Shown piece by piece: positions 30,601 to 40,400 of a DNA stretch of 64,000 bases. Within the stretch, counting starts at the first letter, position 1. Every line of letters begins with the position of its first letter. The stretch is taken from the IMG/VR virus record IMGVR_UViG_3300036770_003943, positions 62,001-126,000 of that record, one strand, 5' to 3'. Both the position numbers and the translations under genes were made by a program. Below the pieces are notes generated by a model. That model saw nothing but the letters and a program-made list of their open reading frames with translations, did not search any database and was not told the DNA's origin.

Positions 30601-33223
30601 TGTCTGCGCCAATACGAGTTGGGGTAGTTGGGGTAGAAGCATCGTTTAGGCCTAGTTGTCCAAAGTTGTTCGTGCCCCAACCATATAGTTGCCCATCTTC
30701 TGTTAGACCTATATAGGCCGCATTGTGCTGCATTACTTTCTTGAAATTCAATGGTCCAGTATCAAATTTTATCAATACTGGACTTCTATAACGTGAATAC
30801 CAAACACTTCCGTCATTTTTAACACCAAGAAATTGTAGATCACTAGCATCAACGTGTTTCCAATAGTCGATAGTTCCTCCCACACATGGCTGTTCTCTGG
30901 CTAATTCTGAAGTACCCCAGGTGTAAAGATTTCCTTGATATATTCCAACAGTATGGCTACCGGCAGTACTTACTGTGGTCCAGCCGCTTACTTGTGTTAC
31001 GAAATTTCTAGCTGGGCTAGTATCAACTGCTGATCCGCTTCGGCCAAAGGCCGCATTGCTCCCATTTCCCAAACACCAGGGTCTGTTAAATTCATCTATT
31101 AGCGCAGCATAAGTGCCACCCTGTGCATTAACTTGTCTAGCTAATTTATATTTTCTAGTACCTATCTGTACAGGACTGCTACGATCCGTAGTGTCAGCTA
31201 GACCTAATTGACCTACATCATTTCGTCCCCACCCAAACGCATAGCCATTGATGTCAATTCCTAGGGCACTTACTGGTGTAAAGTTGCTGCCGCCACCTAT
31301 AGAGACCTGAATCCAGCTTCCTGTGCCCACTTGTACTGGACTACTACGATTGGTCGTATCTCCAACACCTAAAATACCAAAAGTATTAGCACCCCAAGTC
31401 CATAAAGTATTATCTGCCCTAATTGCAGCAGTTGTTTGATTCATAGTTATCACACTTAGCCATTTATTAGAGCCGACTTGTACAGGACTACTTAAACTTG
31501 TAGTATTTCCTAGGCCTAATTGGCCTACATCATTTTTTCCCCAAGTCCATAGTGCTCCAGCACTGTCAATGGCAGCTGAATTGTCCGACATATGAACTGC
31601 TGACCAACTTCTTGTTCCTAATTGTACAGGACTGCTACGACTTGTCATATTACCTAAACCTAGCTGTCCCTGTGTATCATTCCTTCCCCATACAAACAAC
31701 GCTCCATCTGCTCTTATAGCTGCGCTAGTGTTATTACCTGCTGATACCAATACCCAACTATTTCCTGTACCAATTTGAATAGGACTACTTTTGCCTGTAC
31801 CCACACTAGTACCATCACCTAGTTGACCGCCAGTATTATCTGCGGTCAATGACCAAGCCCAAAGAGTACCATCATTTTTAAGACCCAAATGATGACTTCG
31901 GCCCGCAGACAATTGCTTAAACCCAGACGCAAAAAGTGTAGGACTAGCTGCTGTAGTCCAAATTTCACCATTCTCTTTTAATACCTGTGTTTTGGTATTT
32001 AGACCGTTCATTCCAATATCAATTATACCGCCTTCTTGTATCATAACCGGACTGCTAACATTATCTCCATTTAGGCCGCTTGCTTTATTTGTGCCCGAAC
32101 CAGTAGCGTATAAACGATTAGAAATTCCGTCAGTACCGCCGAGGTTGGATTGGCCTGTACCACTAATGAGCAAAGAAAATCCATTACCAGCTACTACTCC
32201 GTTGCTTAACCATTCATTTGCGCCGCCTAACGCAGTTGGTACACTACGATTTGTTGTGTCTCCTAGTCCTAACTGCCCTGAACTGTTTAGTCCCCAAACA
32301 TAAAGTTGTGCGCCTACAGCAGAATAAGCAAACACATGTTTATTACCAATACTTAATGTTGAATAAAAATCACTACTACTACCGACTTGAACAGGACTTG
32401 ATCGGTTCGTTGTGTCTCCTAACCCAAGTTGTCCTTGATCATTTAATCCCCAAGCATAGAGATATCCAATATTACCATATCCTATATCAGTAATACCAAA
32501 AGTGCTTCCATATGCTGATTCTAAGACTGACCAGCTACGAACTTGGCCTAACGGATAACTCAATTGATTTTCTGCGTTTAATCCCCAACCCATTAGTTTT
32601 CCATCTGATTTTATACCAACAGTATGACTATGTCCCATACTCACAGTGGTCCAACTGCCTGCAATTGCTACTGGACTGCTACGATTGGTCGTATCTCCGA
32701 GCCCTAGATTGTTTACGGCATTGCCGCCCCAAGTAAACAATCGACCAGCTACGTCAATGGCAGCAGTTGATAAATTGTTGGCATTGACCATAGTCCAGCT
32801 GCTGGTCCCTACTTGTACTGGACTTGAACGATTGATAGTATCATCAAGCCCTAACTGCCCTGAACTGTTTAGTCCCCAGGCAAATAAGGCACTATCGCTA
32901 CGTATAGCTACTGTGTGGCTACCACCGGCCGCTACCGAAGTCCAACTATCAGTACCAACTTGTACAGGGCTGTAGTAGTTTAATGCGATATTCAAACCTA
33001 ACAAACCAACGTTTGCATGATTACCCCAGGTCCATAACGTTCCATCGCTGCGTATAGCTGCAGCATGTGAATGTCCTGATGATATAGACGTCCAACTTTG
33101 TGCTACGTCAATAGAAGACGGATCACCAAGTTCACCGCTGTTATTACTTCCCCATACATATAAAAATTTTTCAACAGTAGTAGCTGTTGCTGGTGCAGGA
33201 AATGACAATACAATATCTAACAT
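27584..33223 (-). CDS. giant RCC1/BLIP-II repeat beta-propeller protein C (1879 aa)
   Basis: Same repeats; long near-identical stretches shared with A, C-terminus shared with B. Confidence 0.9.
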   Translation of the reverse strand: MLDIVLSFPAPATATTVEKFLYVWGSNNSGELGDPSSIDVAQSWTSISSGHSHAAAIRSDGTLWTWGNHANVGLLGLNIALNYYSPVQVGTDSWTSVAAGGSHTVAIRSDSALFAWGLNSSGQLGLDDTINRSSPVQVGTSSWTMVNANNLSTAAIDVAGRLFTWGGNAVNNLGLGDTTNRSSPVAIAGSWTTVSMGHSHTVGIKSDGKLMGWGLNAENQLSYPLGQVRSWSVLESAYGSTFGITDIGYGNIGYLYAWGLNDQGQLGLGDTTNRSSPVQVGSSSDFYSTLSIGNKHVFAYSAVGAQLYVWGLNSSGQLGLGDTTNRSVPTALGGANEWLSNGVVAGNGFSLLISGTGQSNLGGTDGISNRLYATGSGTNKASGLNGDNVSSPVMIQEGGIIDIGMNGLNTKTQVLKENGEIWTTAASPTLFASGFKQLSAGRSHHLGLKNDGTLWAWSLTADNTGGQLGDGTSVGTGKSSPIQIGTGNSWVLVSAGNNTSAAIRADGALFVWGRNDTQGQLGLGNMTSRSSPVQLGTRSWSAVHMSDNSAAIDSAGALWTWGKNDVGQLGLGNTTSLSSPVQVGSNKWLSVITMNQTTAAIRADNTLWTWGANTFGILGVGDTTNRSSPVQVGTGSWIQVSIGGGSNFTPVSALGIDINGYAFGWGRNDVGQLGLADTTDRSSPVQIGTRKYKLARQVNAQGGTYAALIDEFNRPWCLGNGSNAAFGRSGSAVDTSPARNFVTQVSGWTTVSTAGSHTVGIYQGNLYTWGTSELAREQPCVGGTIDYWKHVDASDLQFLGVKNDGSVWYSRYRSPVLIKFDTGPLNFKKVMQHNAAYIGLTEDGQLYGWGTNNFGQLGLNDASTPTTPTRIGADKWRDFSIGGTEHNDVSFHVSGTGYGAVLAIRADGALFGWGNNVVGQLGLGDTTNRSSPTQIGTDSWISVGTMGISAAVRSDGGLFTWGKPKVTASTGNQLGDGTTTARSSPVQVGTDSWTAVYIGAAHSAAIRTDGSLYMWGLNRLGGLGDGTTTNTSSPVLVAGGHTWKHVSLGQSNWRYSNTSFGTRTVGTKTDGTIWIWGARGEQSWFPSGASTTPVQITSFAAIGTQPTMKFASISRTNSGYDAEAMGLYLSESGVLWFNSQQRATGRETEWDTGGNNVISNPVIFGAFPAQSRPDGNYVPTPTRAYIGKNDNSASFVWNWPDGPRLDSVPTFTRAYASLWQCFAIDNAGSLWGWGSSYGSELFKPAYEYYRYFIPQQIDTTKSWSMIGGFTSSNTAGYGRAVGVNGITTDGKLWRWGWLRANNFTGDGTSAPLHPSSSPVQIGSSQSWLAVGTRFNFSNYASRWAISTDKIGHYWGYNNYGQLGTNNSTSTSGIGTITALSLSRATTPEQLGTASWTTVSAGVNHTLGIKTNGTLWGWGDNTNGKLGLGDTTARSLITQIGTDTDWQKVSAGRNANYLIKTNGTAYHVGQGTYGQSGIGNESSNSTPTQIPGSWTMMKVNPLRTNVKNVFGIKSDGLLYGWGWLESYGLSGNTSDLGQLQGGAVYTLPNLVGNSLSVIKTPIKLGSDTWIAASAGASHTLAIRSDGTLFTWGNNSSGQLGQGNTTYLSSPVQVGTSSWTAVSAGDAHSMAIRSDGGLFTWGNNGSGRLGDGTATSRSSPVQIGTSSWTAISAGGTHSLALRSDGSLFAWGINTSGQLGQGNTTVRSSPVQIGTDSWTAIAAGGSHNVAIRSDGALFAWGNNGTGRLGDGTTTSRSSPVQVGADSWTLVTAGNQHTAGITKNSILYAWGRNNYGQLGLNDLVDTSSPAQVGTGSWTAVEAGTWHTVGVRSTGALYAWGYNYDGQLGDGTVDTRSSPVQIGSDIDHLTASAGGAHTITLKTV

Positions 33224-33251
33224 AATTTGGCTCCATAAATCACTTTACTAA

Positions 33252-33259
33252 TATTTATA
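33252..33259 (-). promoter_or_regulatory. T4 late promoter TATAAATA (perfect consensus)
   Basis: Exact consensus upstream of RBS GGAG and ATG 33223. Confidence 0.8.
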
Positions 33260-33261
33260 AA

Positions 33262-33289
33262 AATTAAAACCCCTTAAAGGGGTTTTTTT
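33262..33289 (-). terminator. Rho-independent terminator (possibly bidirectional)
   Basis: AAAACCCCT-TAA-AGGGGTTTT 9-bp inverted repeat at 33266-33286. Confidence 0.75.
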
Positions 33290-33319
33290 AATCTTTAAGT
33301 TGTTTATCATTCAGCTTCT

Positions 33320-33913
33320 TCATGAAGAAGCTGCTTCGGCTGCTTCAGCTGCTAACCGTTGTCTTTGTTGTTCGGCTGCTTCAGCTAAGGCTTGATCCAT
33401 AATTTGTTGCTGTTCTTGCCTGTGTTCTTCTATCATTCTTTCTATTTCACGTTCACGTAATTGTTTTTCTTCTTCTTCTGCTGCGAGCTTTTCTAGCTCT
33501 TGACGATGATATGTTGCAATTTGGTCATCTAACACTTTCTGATTATATAAAGCACGTAGTTTATCTACTGGACGATCACCAAATAATTCTCGTAACATAT
33601 CCACGGTTGGGATAATTGTCCCATCATTTAAAATACGAGAAGTATTTAAACTTGGACTAGGTAAAGATTTGTTTTCAATTACAGCAGTTTCTAAAACATC
33701 ATCAGATCTTACTGTATAATCATATCTTGAAATATAATGTGTATCACTATTATAACTGGGTACATTTTTTGTAACCGGTAACCATCCTTGTGACTTTAAA
33801 AAAGTTAGATCGTTTATAGACTTATCTAAGCCTGATATGTTTTTCCAATTTTTTGGCAACATATCATAATAGCTGTCGATTGTGTTGTTAGTAACATGTA
33901 CCCATTCTGCCAT
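33320..33913 (-). CDS. hypothetical protein, possible fibre assembly chaperone, with charged coiled-coil C-terminus
   Basis: Directly downstream of fibre 33923-35332; E/Q/A-rich tail. Confidence 0.6.
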   Translation of the reverse strand: MAEWVHVTNNTIDSYYDMLPKNWKNISGLDKSINDLTFLKSQGWLPVTKNVPSYNSDTHYISRYDYTVRSDDVLETAVIENKSLPSPSLNTSRILNDGTIIPTVDMLRELFGDRPVDKLRALYNQKVLDDQIATYHRQELEKLAAEEEEKQLREREIERMIEEHRQEQQQIMDQALAEAAEQQRQRLAAEAAEAASS

Positions 33914-33922
33914 AATTATACC

Positions 33923-35332
33923 TTATTTGCTGTCAATCATGCTAGCAACACCTCTCCATGTGGTGCCATTGTCATCTGTAATAAATGCTAAAACATCAGT
34001 TCCGCTAGCTGTTAGCGTTGGCGCGGTTCCGCCTGGCCATTTAATACCACTCATCCAGTTTTGTGTGTAGGCACCACCATCGGTTAGCTCAAGAATAAAA
34101 TAGTTCATATAACTACTTCCGCCACTTAGACCTGACACTGTCCAAGTTGTTGTTCCAGTCGATGTCGCGCTAATATAATTTCCTGAAGCTAGGTTAATTT
34201 CGGTTGATCCAGTTACACTGCCTAGGGCATTATGCTTAGGCATAGCATTGTGAATCTGCGTTGTTCCACTAAATGTACTTGTTCCAGAACTTGTTACATT
34301 ACCAGTTACATTACCAGTTACATTACCAGTTACGCTGCCTGTAAATGTTGCGTCTGTTCCGTCTGTGCCACTTTCTAAAATTTTACTGGTTCCATTACTT
34401 GCGTAAACATCTCCAGTTACATTTCCGGTTACTGGACCACTAAATGCTGTAGCTGTAGCTGTGCCAGTTACATTGACTGGTTTGTTGAAATCCCAACTTG
34501 TTGTAGCATGTGTATACAAAATTGTTGCCGATGCGCCGTCGACTGTTAATCCTGCCCCATTCGCTGCTGCGCTATCTGCTGCTCCTTTGGCTACTGTAAT
34601 ATTTAAATCTGTTACATCTAGAGTTGTACTATTAACAGTAGTTGTTGTTCCACTAACTGTTAAATTTCCACCAACTGTTACATTCCCAGTTGTAGTAATA
34701 CCAGCAAAAGTTACGCTGTCTGTTGTAGCCACTGCTTGACCAATAGCTATACTGCCATCGGTTATGGTAACGCCAGTTCCTCCGCTGAAATGAGCACGAA
34801 CATCGCTTGCGCTTGGACCGGTATAAGTAAACACACCATCCGAATAAGATAATGAACCATCACCGCCTGAATCTGTTACACTAAAATGAGCACGAACTTC
34901 TGCGGCGCTTGGACCAGTATAGGTAATTACTCCAGTTGAGCTATTATATGATAAAGATCCGTCACCTCCTGAATCTGTTACGCTGATTGCTCCTCTAGCC
35001 AATGAATCAGTATACTGAGTTACTGTTGTTGCTATAACACCATCAGTAATTGTAATTCCAGTTCCTCCGCTAAAATGGGCACGAACATCGCTTGCGCTTG
35101 GACCAGTGTAGGTAATTACGCCAGTTGTACTGTTATATGATAAACTACCGTCGCCCCCTGAATCTGTTACGCTAATAGCAGCTCTAATAGTAGCGTTATT
35201 AGAGCCGACTTCATTAGCAGTACCGCTATAACCAACGTATAGTTTCTGTGTATCATAAGCGTAAAGTAATTCACCGTCTGCTGGACTAGCAGGAAGATTT
35301 GCTTGTAAGCCTCTTCTAATTTGTAACGCCAT
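33923..35332 (-). CDS. short fibre protein: Mtd_N-like N-terminus, repeat modules, C-terminal adaptor-like domain
   Basis: MALQIRRG..DGELLYAYDT; GDGSLSY..YTGP repeats; C-terminal IKWPGGTAPTLTASGTDVLAF. Confidence 0.75.
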   Translation of the reverse strand: MALQIRRGLQANLPASPADGELLYAYDTQKLYVGYSGTANEVGSNNATIRAAISVTDSGGDGSLSYNSTTGVITYTGPSASDVRAHFSGGTGITITDGVIATTVTQYTDSLARGAISVTDSGGDGSLSYNSSTGVITYTGPSAAEVRAHFSVTDSGGDGSLSYSDGVFTYTGPSASDVRAHFSGGTGVTITDGSIAIGQAVATTDSVTFAGITTTGNVTVGGNLTVSGTTTTVNSTTLDVTDLNITVAKGAADSAAANGAGLTVDGASATILYTHATTSWDFNKPVNVTGTATATAFSGPVTGNVTGDVYASNGTSKILESGTDGTDATFTGSVTGNVTGNVTGNVTSSGTSTFSGTTQIHNAMPKHNALGSVTGSTEINLASGNYISATSTGTTTWTVSGLSGGSSYMNYFILELTDGGAYTQNWMSGIKWPGGTAPTLTASGTDVLAFITDDNGTTWRGVASMIDSK

Positions 35333-35388
35333 TATTATCTCCTAAACTTTTTTGAAAAAAACTCTAAGTTCTTATCATTTCTTAACTT

Positions 35389-35395
35389 TATTTAT
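35389..35395 (-). promoter_or_regulatory. late promoter ATAAATA
   Basis: Motif upstream of RBS AGGAGA and ATG 35332. Confidence 0.6.
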
Positions 35396-35403
35396 CATTT
35401 AAA

Positions 35404-37344
35404 TTAAACTGTTATTACTTTCCAACCAAATTCTGTATTAGAATAAACAAACGATAAAGTACTTTGATTTGTACTTACAACGTAATTACTAGCAGCCCCG
35501 TTTATCAAGTGTCCATTACGTGCTACAGTTAAATTATTAACCGCAAAAGTACCTGCCAAATCATTTAATTTTATTGTATCCCCGATAGTTGCCGAACTAG
35601 GCAACGTAATAGTAACCGCCCCGCCTACCGTGTTTACAAAATAATTTTTATTAGCTGTTGCAGTATCACTGGAAGTAACTACTTCCCAGCGGCTGTTTAC
35701 TTTAATGCTGTCACCCAGGCTCACTGCTTGCCCGTCTATTGTTACACTGCTAAATTCTAAAGCACTGTTAGGAAATCCTGTTACGTTTGATAATCGGAAG
35801 ATAGGATTGTCTAATGCTCCAGCATCCATAGCTGTATCTGTAGGAGTATCAAAAGAACCAAAATTTGGACCAAATCTATGAATTATCGAATTTAACGGTG
35901 TAGCTACTGCCGTTGAAAATTCTCCGTAATCAAAGGTATTATCAGCTATTTCAAATAATTCTATGTTACGACTACTGTTTCCGCCTACAGTTACTTCCCC
36001 TGTCGAATCACTAGCAATCGTTCCTCCACTCGGAGCTCGAAATGTTCCTAAATCGGTTAATTGTTTAAATGAATATTCCGCATTAGTTGTATAGTCATTG
36101 CTAGAAAATGATCCATAATCGTAACTATTTTCTAAACTAAACTCACCAGAAGTACTGTTGTAATCTAATCCAGCACCGGCGCTTAAATCTGTTTTACTTA
36201 TACCACCTTCATCAGCAGCGTTTACCCACTGACTAGTAACACTATTATATTTTAAAACTTGTCCATTACTAGGACTAGTAAGCGTAACATCTGTTAGGCC
36301 ATCTAATGTAGTAGCGAAGTTAGATACAGCCGTATCAACATAAAGTTTAGTAGCTGCTTGGCTATTACTTGATATTTCTCCGCTAAGTGTTACTGTGCTA
36401 AATGTCACAGTACTATTTGTATTAACTTCTTGACCAATAGCTATACTGCCATCGGTTATGGTAACGCCAGTTCCTCCGCTGAAATGAGCACGTACTTCTG
36501 CGGCGCTTGGACCAGTATAGGTAATTACACCAGTCGAGCTGCTATAAGTCAATGAACCATCACCACTGGCATCATTAACGCTAATAGCTGATCGAGCTAA
36601 ACTATTAGCAAAGTATTTGTTAGTTGTTCCTTCTGCTAGATTATCTGTTGTATGATTGCTTAGGCTGCTAACGGTACCAGTTACAGTTCCTGTGAATGTT
36701 GCATTTGTTCCATCTGTTCCTGAATCCAACACTGTTGTTCCATTGCTAGATTTTACATCACCTATTAAATTTCCTTCAAAAGATCCTGCCACAAAAGTAT
36801 CTGAACCTACTGTCCATTTATCGTCAGTTTCGTTCCAAAGTAGAGTCTTATTTGTGCTATCGCCTCTGTTAATCTCTATTCCGGCGTTTTCAGTTGGAGA
36901 GCCGGTATGATTACTGTTAAGAATAATCGTATTATCAGCCAGATTAATTGTTTCTGTATTGATAGTAGTTGTTGTTCCATTTACTGTAAGGTTACCACTT
37001 ACTGTTAAATTGGCAAACTGAACATCACTAGTTGTTCCAACTGCTTGACCAATAGCTATACTGCCATCGGTTATGGTAACGCCAGTTCCTCCGCTGAAAT
37101 GAGCACGTACTTCTGCGGCGCTTGGACCAGTATAGGTAATTACTCCAGTTGAGCTATTATATGATAAAGATCCATCGCCGCTCGCGTTAGTAACACTGAA
37201 ATGAGCACGAACTTCTGCGGCGCTTGGACCAGTATAAGTGAATGTGCCAGTAGCACTATTATAGCTAAAACTACCGTCGCCGCCAGCATCAGTGACGGTG
37301 AAGGTTGATTCTAGTGTATCTGCTGTTAATCTAACTAATGCCAT
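35404..37344 (-). CDS. tail fibre-like protein with C-terminal T4 gp34-like beta domain
   Basis: Three repeat modules; C-terminal YFVNT.GGAVTITLPSSA..GD.I.L.D..G.F..NNLTV.RNG. Confidence 0.75.
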   Translation of the reverse strand: MALVRLTADTLESTFTVTDAGGDGSFSYNSATGTFTYTGPSAAEVRAHFSVTNASGDGSLSYNSSTGVITYTGPSAAEVRAHFSGGTGVTITDGSIAIGQAVGTTSDVQFANLTVSGNLTVNGTTTTINTETINLADNTIILNSNHTGSPTENAGIEINRGDSTNKTLLWNETDDKWTVGSDTFVAGSFEGNLIGDVKSSNGTTVLDSGTDGTNATFTGTVTGTVSSLSNHTTDNLAEGTTNKYFANSLARSAISVNDASGDGSLTYSSSTGVITYTGPSAAEVRAHFSGGTGVTITDGSIAIGQEVNTNSTVTFSTVTLSGEISSNSQAATKLYVDTAVSNFATTLDGLTDVTLTSPSNGQVLKYNSVTSQWVNAADEGGISKTDLSAGAGLDYNSTSGEFSLENSYDYGSFSSNDYTTNAEYSFKQLTDLGTFRAPSGGTIASDSTGEVTVGGNSSRNIELFEIADNTFDYGEFSTAVATPLNSIIHRFGPNFGSFDTPTDTAMDAGALDNPIFRLSNVTGFPNSALEFSSVTIDGQAVSLGDSIKVNSRWEVVTSSDTATANKNYFVNTVGGAVTITLPSSATIGDTIKLNDLAGTFAVNNLTVARNGHLINGAASNYVVSTNQSTLSFVYSNTEFGWKVITV

Positions 37345-37364
37345 GTGTTTAGTTCCATTTCAAG

Positions 37365-37371
37365 TATTTAT
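37365..37371 (-). promoter_or_regulatory. late promoter ATAAATA
   Basis: 21 nt upstream of ATG 37344. Confidence 0.65.
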
Positions 37372-37419
37372 CTTTATTCCAAAATTCAAACTTTTAGAAC
37401 AAAAAAACCAGTCTATCCT

Positions 37420-40400
37420 CTATAGACTTTTAAAAGCACTTAATTGAGCTTCTAGAGTTTCTACTTTGTCATTTAATTCCTTTACTGCTTCTACTAGTAA
37501 GGCAACCAATTTTTCGTACTTGATTGTCATATAATCTTCTCCAGATTTACTAGTTTCTTTACCGTCTACTACTTTTATATCAAAAGGCGCACGAACTACC
37601 ACTTCGGGTAGTACAGTTTTAACATCTTGAGCTAGAAGGCCAACCTGTTTCTTTTTATCTTTATAGCCAAAACTTTCAGCTATATCATTAGCAGTATAAG
37701 TTACTCCGTGTAATTGTAAAACTCTGTGTAAGGCGTCTTCAATTGGTTGTATATTTTCTTTAAGTCGTTTATCTGAATAGTAAGCTGTAATTTCATTCGT
37801 GGCACGAATTTCCCCGCTTGTACCGCTAGCACCTGTGCCTACACCTAATGAACCAAATTGAACCGATGAGCCTGTAGCAATACTTTGAGGTAAACTAAGG
37901 GTAACTGATCCAGTTGAACCGCTTACATTTACTTGATTTGAAGTACCCGATAATCCAGTTACTCCTGAGTTCGATACTGTTATTGAACCTGTGCCAGCAC
38001 TGACACTAACTCCAGTTCCAGCTGTTAATCCAGTTACTCCTGTATTTGTAATGGTAGTTCCTGAAAGACTAATACCTGTTCCATTACTAACATTTCCCGA
38101 ATTCCAAACTGTATTTCCATTCATTAGCAGCCCGTTATTACTAGGAGCTACAAAATTAAACATGTCATCGGCATCGTTTCCGACCGTAAAAGTCATTCTT
38201 TGGGCTTCGCCGCTTGCTGCTGTTAAAGTGATTGTAGCAGTATCTCCACTGCCACCAAACGCATCTGTAGGAAACGCTATTCCTGCTGTGCCGACATTAA
38301 CTTTATTAAATGTAACATTGCTAGTTGTACCGACTGCTTGGCCTATGCTAATTTGACCACTACTAATTGATACACCGGTACCAGCTGTAAAATGAGCACG
38401 CACTTCGCTGGCGTTTGGACCAGTATAAGTGATAATACCAGTAGTATTATCGTAACTTAAACTACCGTCGCCTCCTGCGTCACTAACACTAATATGAGCA
38501 CGTACTTCTGCGGCGCTTGGACCAGTGTAGGTAATTACACCAGTTGAGCTATTATATGATAACGATCCATCTCCTCCTGCGTCACTAACACTAATATGAG
38601 CACGTACTTCTGCGGCGCTTGGACCAGTGTAGGTAATTACACCAGTTGAGCTATTATAACTGAGACTGCCATCTCCACCTGCGTCACTAACACTAATATG
38701 AGCACGTACTTCTGTGGCGCTTGGACCAGTATAGGTAATAACACCAGTTGAGCTATTATAACTGAGACTGCCATCTCCACCTGAATCTGTTACACTAATA
38801 CTATTTCTTGCTCTAGCATTAGTGTAATACATTGTACCTGATGTAACTGTAGCAGCTGGATCTTCGGCTAGTTCACTAGTATTAATTGGTAAAACAACAA
38901 AGTTGGTTCCGTCTCTTGTAGCTTCCCATTTATCTGTGGTTTCATTCCAACGCAATTGAACATTAGAATCTGCTCCTCTGTTAATTTCAATTCCAGCATT
39001 TTCACTAGGAGTACCAGTGGCATTACTGTTTAATAGTATAATATTGTCAGCTAAATTAATGGTTTCTGTGTTTATAGTGGTAGTCGTTCCGCTTACAGTA
39101 AGATTTCCACTAACTGCTAAATTATTAGCCACTGTGGTAGTTCCTGAACTGGCACCTAATATCAAACTGGTAGCAGCACCGAAAGCTGTAACTGCTGTTG
39201 CGTTGGAATTTAAAAGATTAAATGAACTAGCAGTGGTAGTAATATCTCCTCCATTGACTGCTAGATCGCCGCTCAAAGTTAAATTATCTGTAATAGCAGC
39301 AGTACTGGCAAAAGAAATAGTGCCATCAACTTGTAAATTATTACGTATTCTTGTTGTTCCTGTAGTAGCTCCCATTGTAATAGTAGTTCCAGCTTGAGCA
39401 AAATTAACAGTAGTTGCGTTGGCATTAACTAAATTAATACTACTGGCTGCTGTAGTAATGCTGCTAATGGCTGATTTCAAATCCAAACTAGTTTCAGTAA
39501 CATTTAAGGTATTAACGCCATTATTGTAAAAGAATAAAGTATTTTCATTTGACCCTGCGCTTAATTCAGGAATAATATAAGTGTTTCCGTCAACATCTCG
39601 GACACCGCCTAGTGAACCCCATGAGCTTCCTGGACCGTATCCTTCAAAAGAACTAGTAGTTGTGTTATATCTAATTTGACCAACCGCAGGGGTCGAATCT
39701 CTCTGCGCTGTTGTGCCTACAGGAATCTGTATAGAATCTGTACTGTTAAAAATAATTTGATTATTATTAAATGTAGTGGTGCCAGTAGCTGCTCCTAAAT
39801 TTATAGCGGTGGCTGCACCAAAAGCATTTATAGTTGTCGCAGAGGTGTTGGCAAGATTAAATGTTGATGTACTTACAGTTAAGTCGCCGCCATCTATATT
39901 GACATCACCGTCGACATCAAGATTGTTATTAATATTAGTTGTACCGGTAGCAGCACCAATTTCAATTGTCGTTGCGGCCCCAAAGGCGTTTACTGTAGTT
40001 GAGTTAGAATTTAAAAGATTAAATGAACTAGCAGTTGTAGTTAGGTCCCCGCCATTAACTGCTAAATCTCCTGTCATTGTAGTATTACCGGTCACAGCCA
40101 AAGTACCACTTAGTGTTTGATTACCAGTAATTGCTAATGTTGTACCATTCCATCCTAGATTACTATTGGATTCTAAACCATAAGATCCGTTAACATAGGC
40201 AATGGCATTAGTTGTGGTATAATTAAGATTAACACCATTTATCGCATTAAAATATCTAGCTTCAACGTTACCGTTTACATTAACACTAAAACCATCCCAA
40301 GTTAAATTACCGCTATCAACTAAAGAACCTGCTGTCCCAACAAATACTATACGACCTGAAGTTAAATCACTTACTGTAGCACTAGCTAAAGTAGTTTCTC

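Noticed and set aside
15144-33223. Diversity-generating retroelement acting on the RCC1 genes
   Set aside because: No reverse transcriptase or non-coding template repeat in the window; the A/C differences inspected involve all bases, not only adenines
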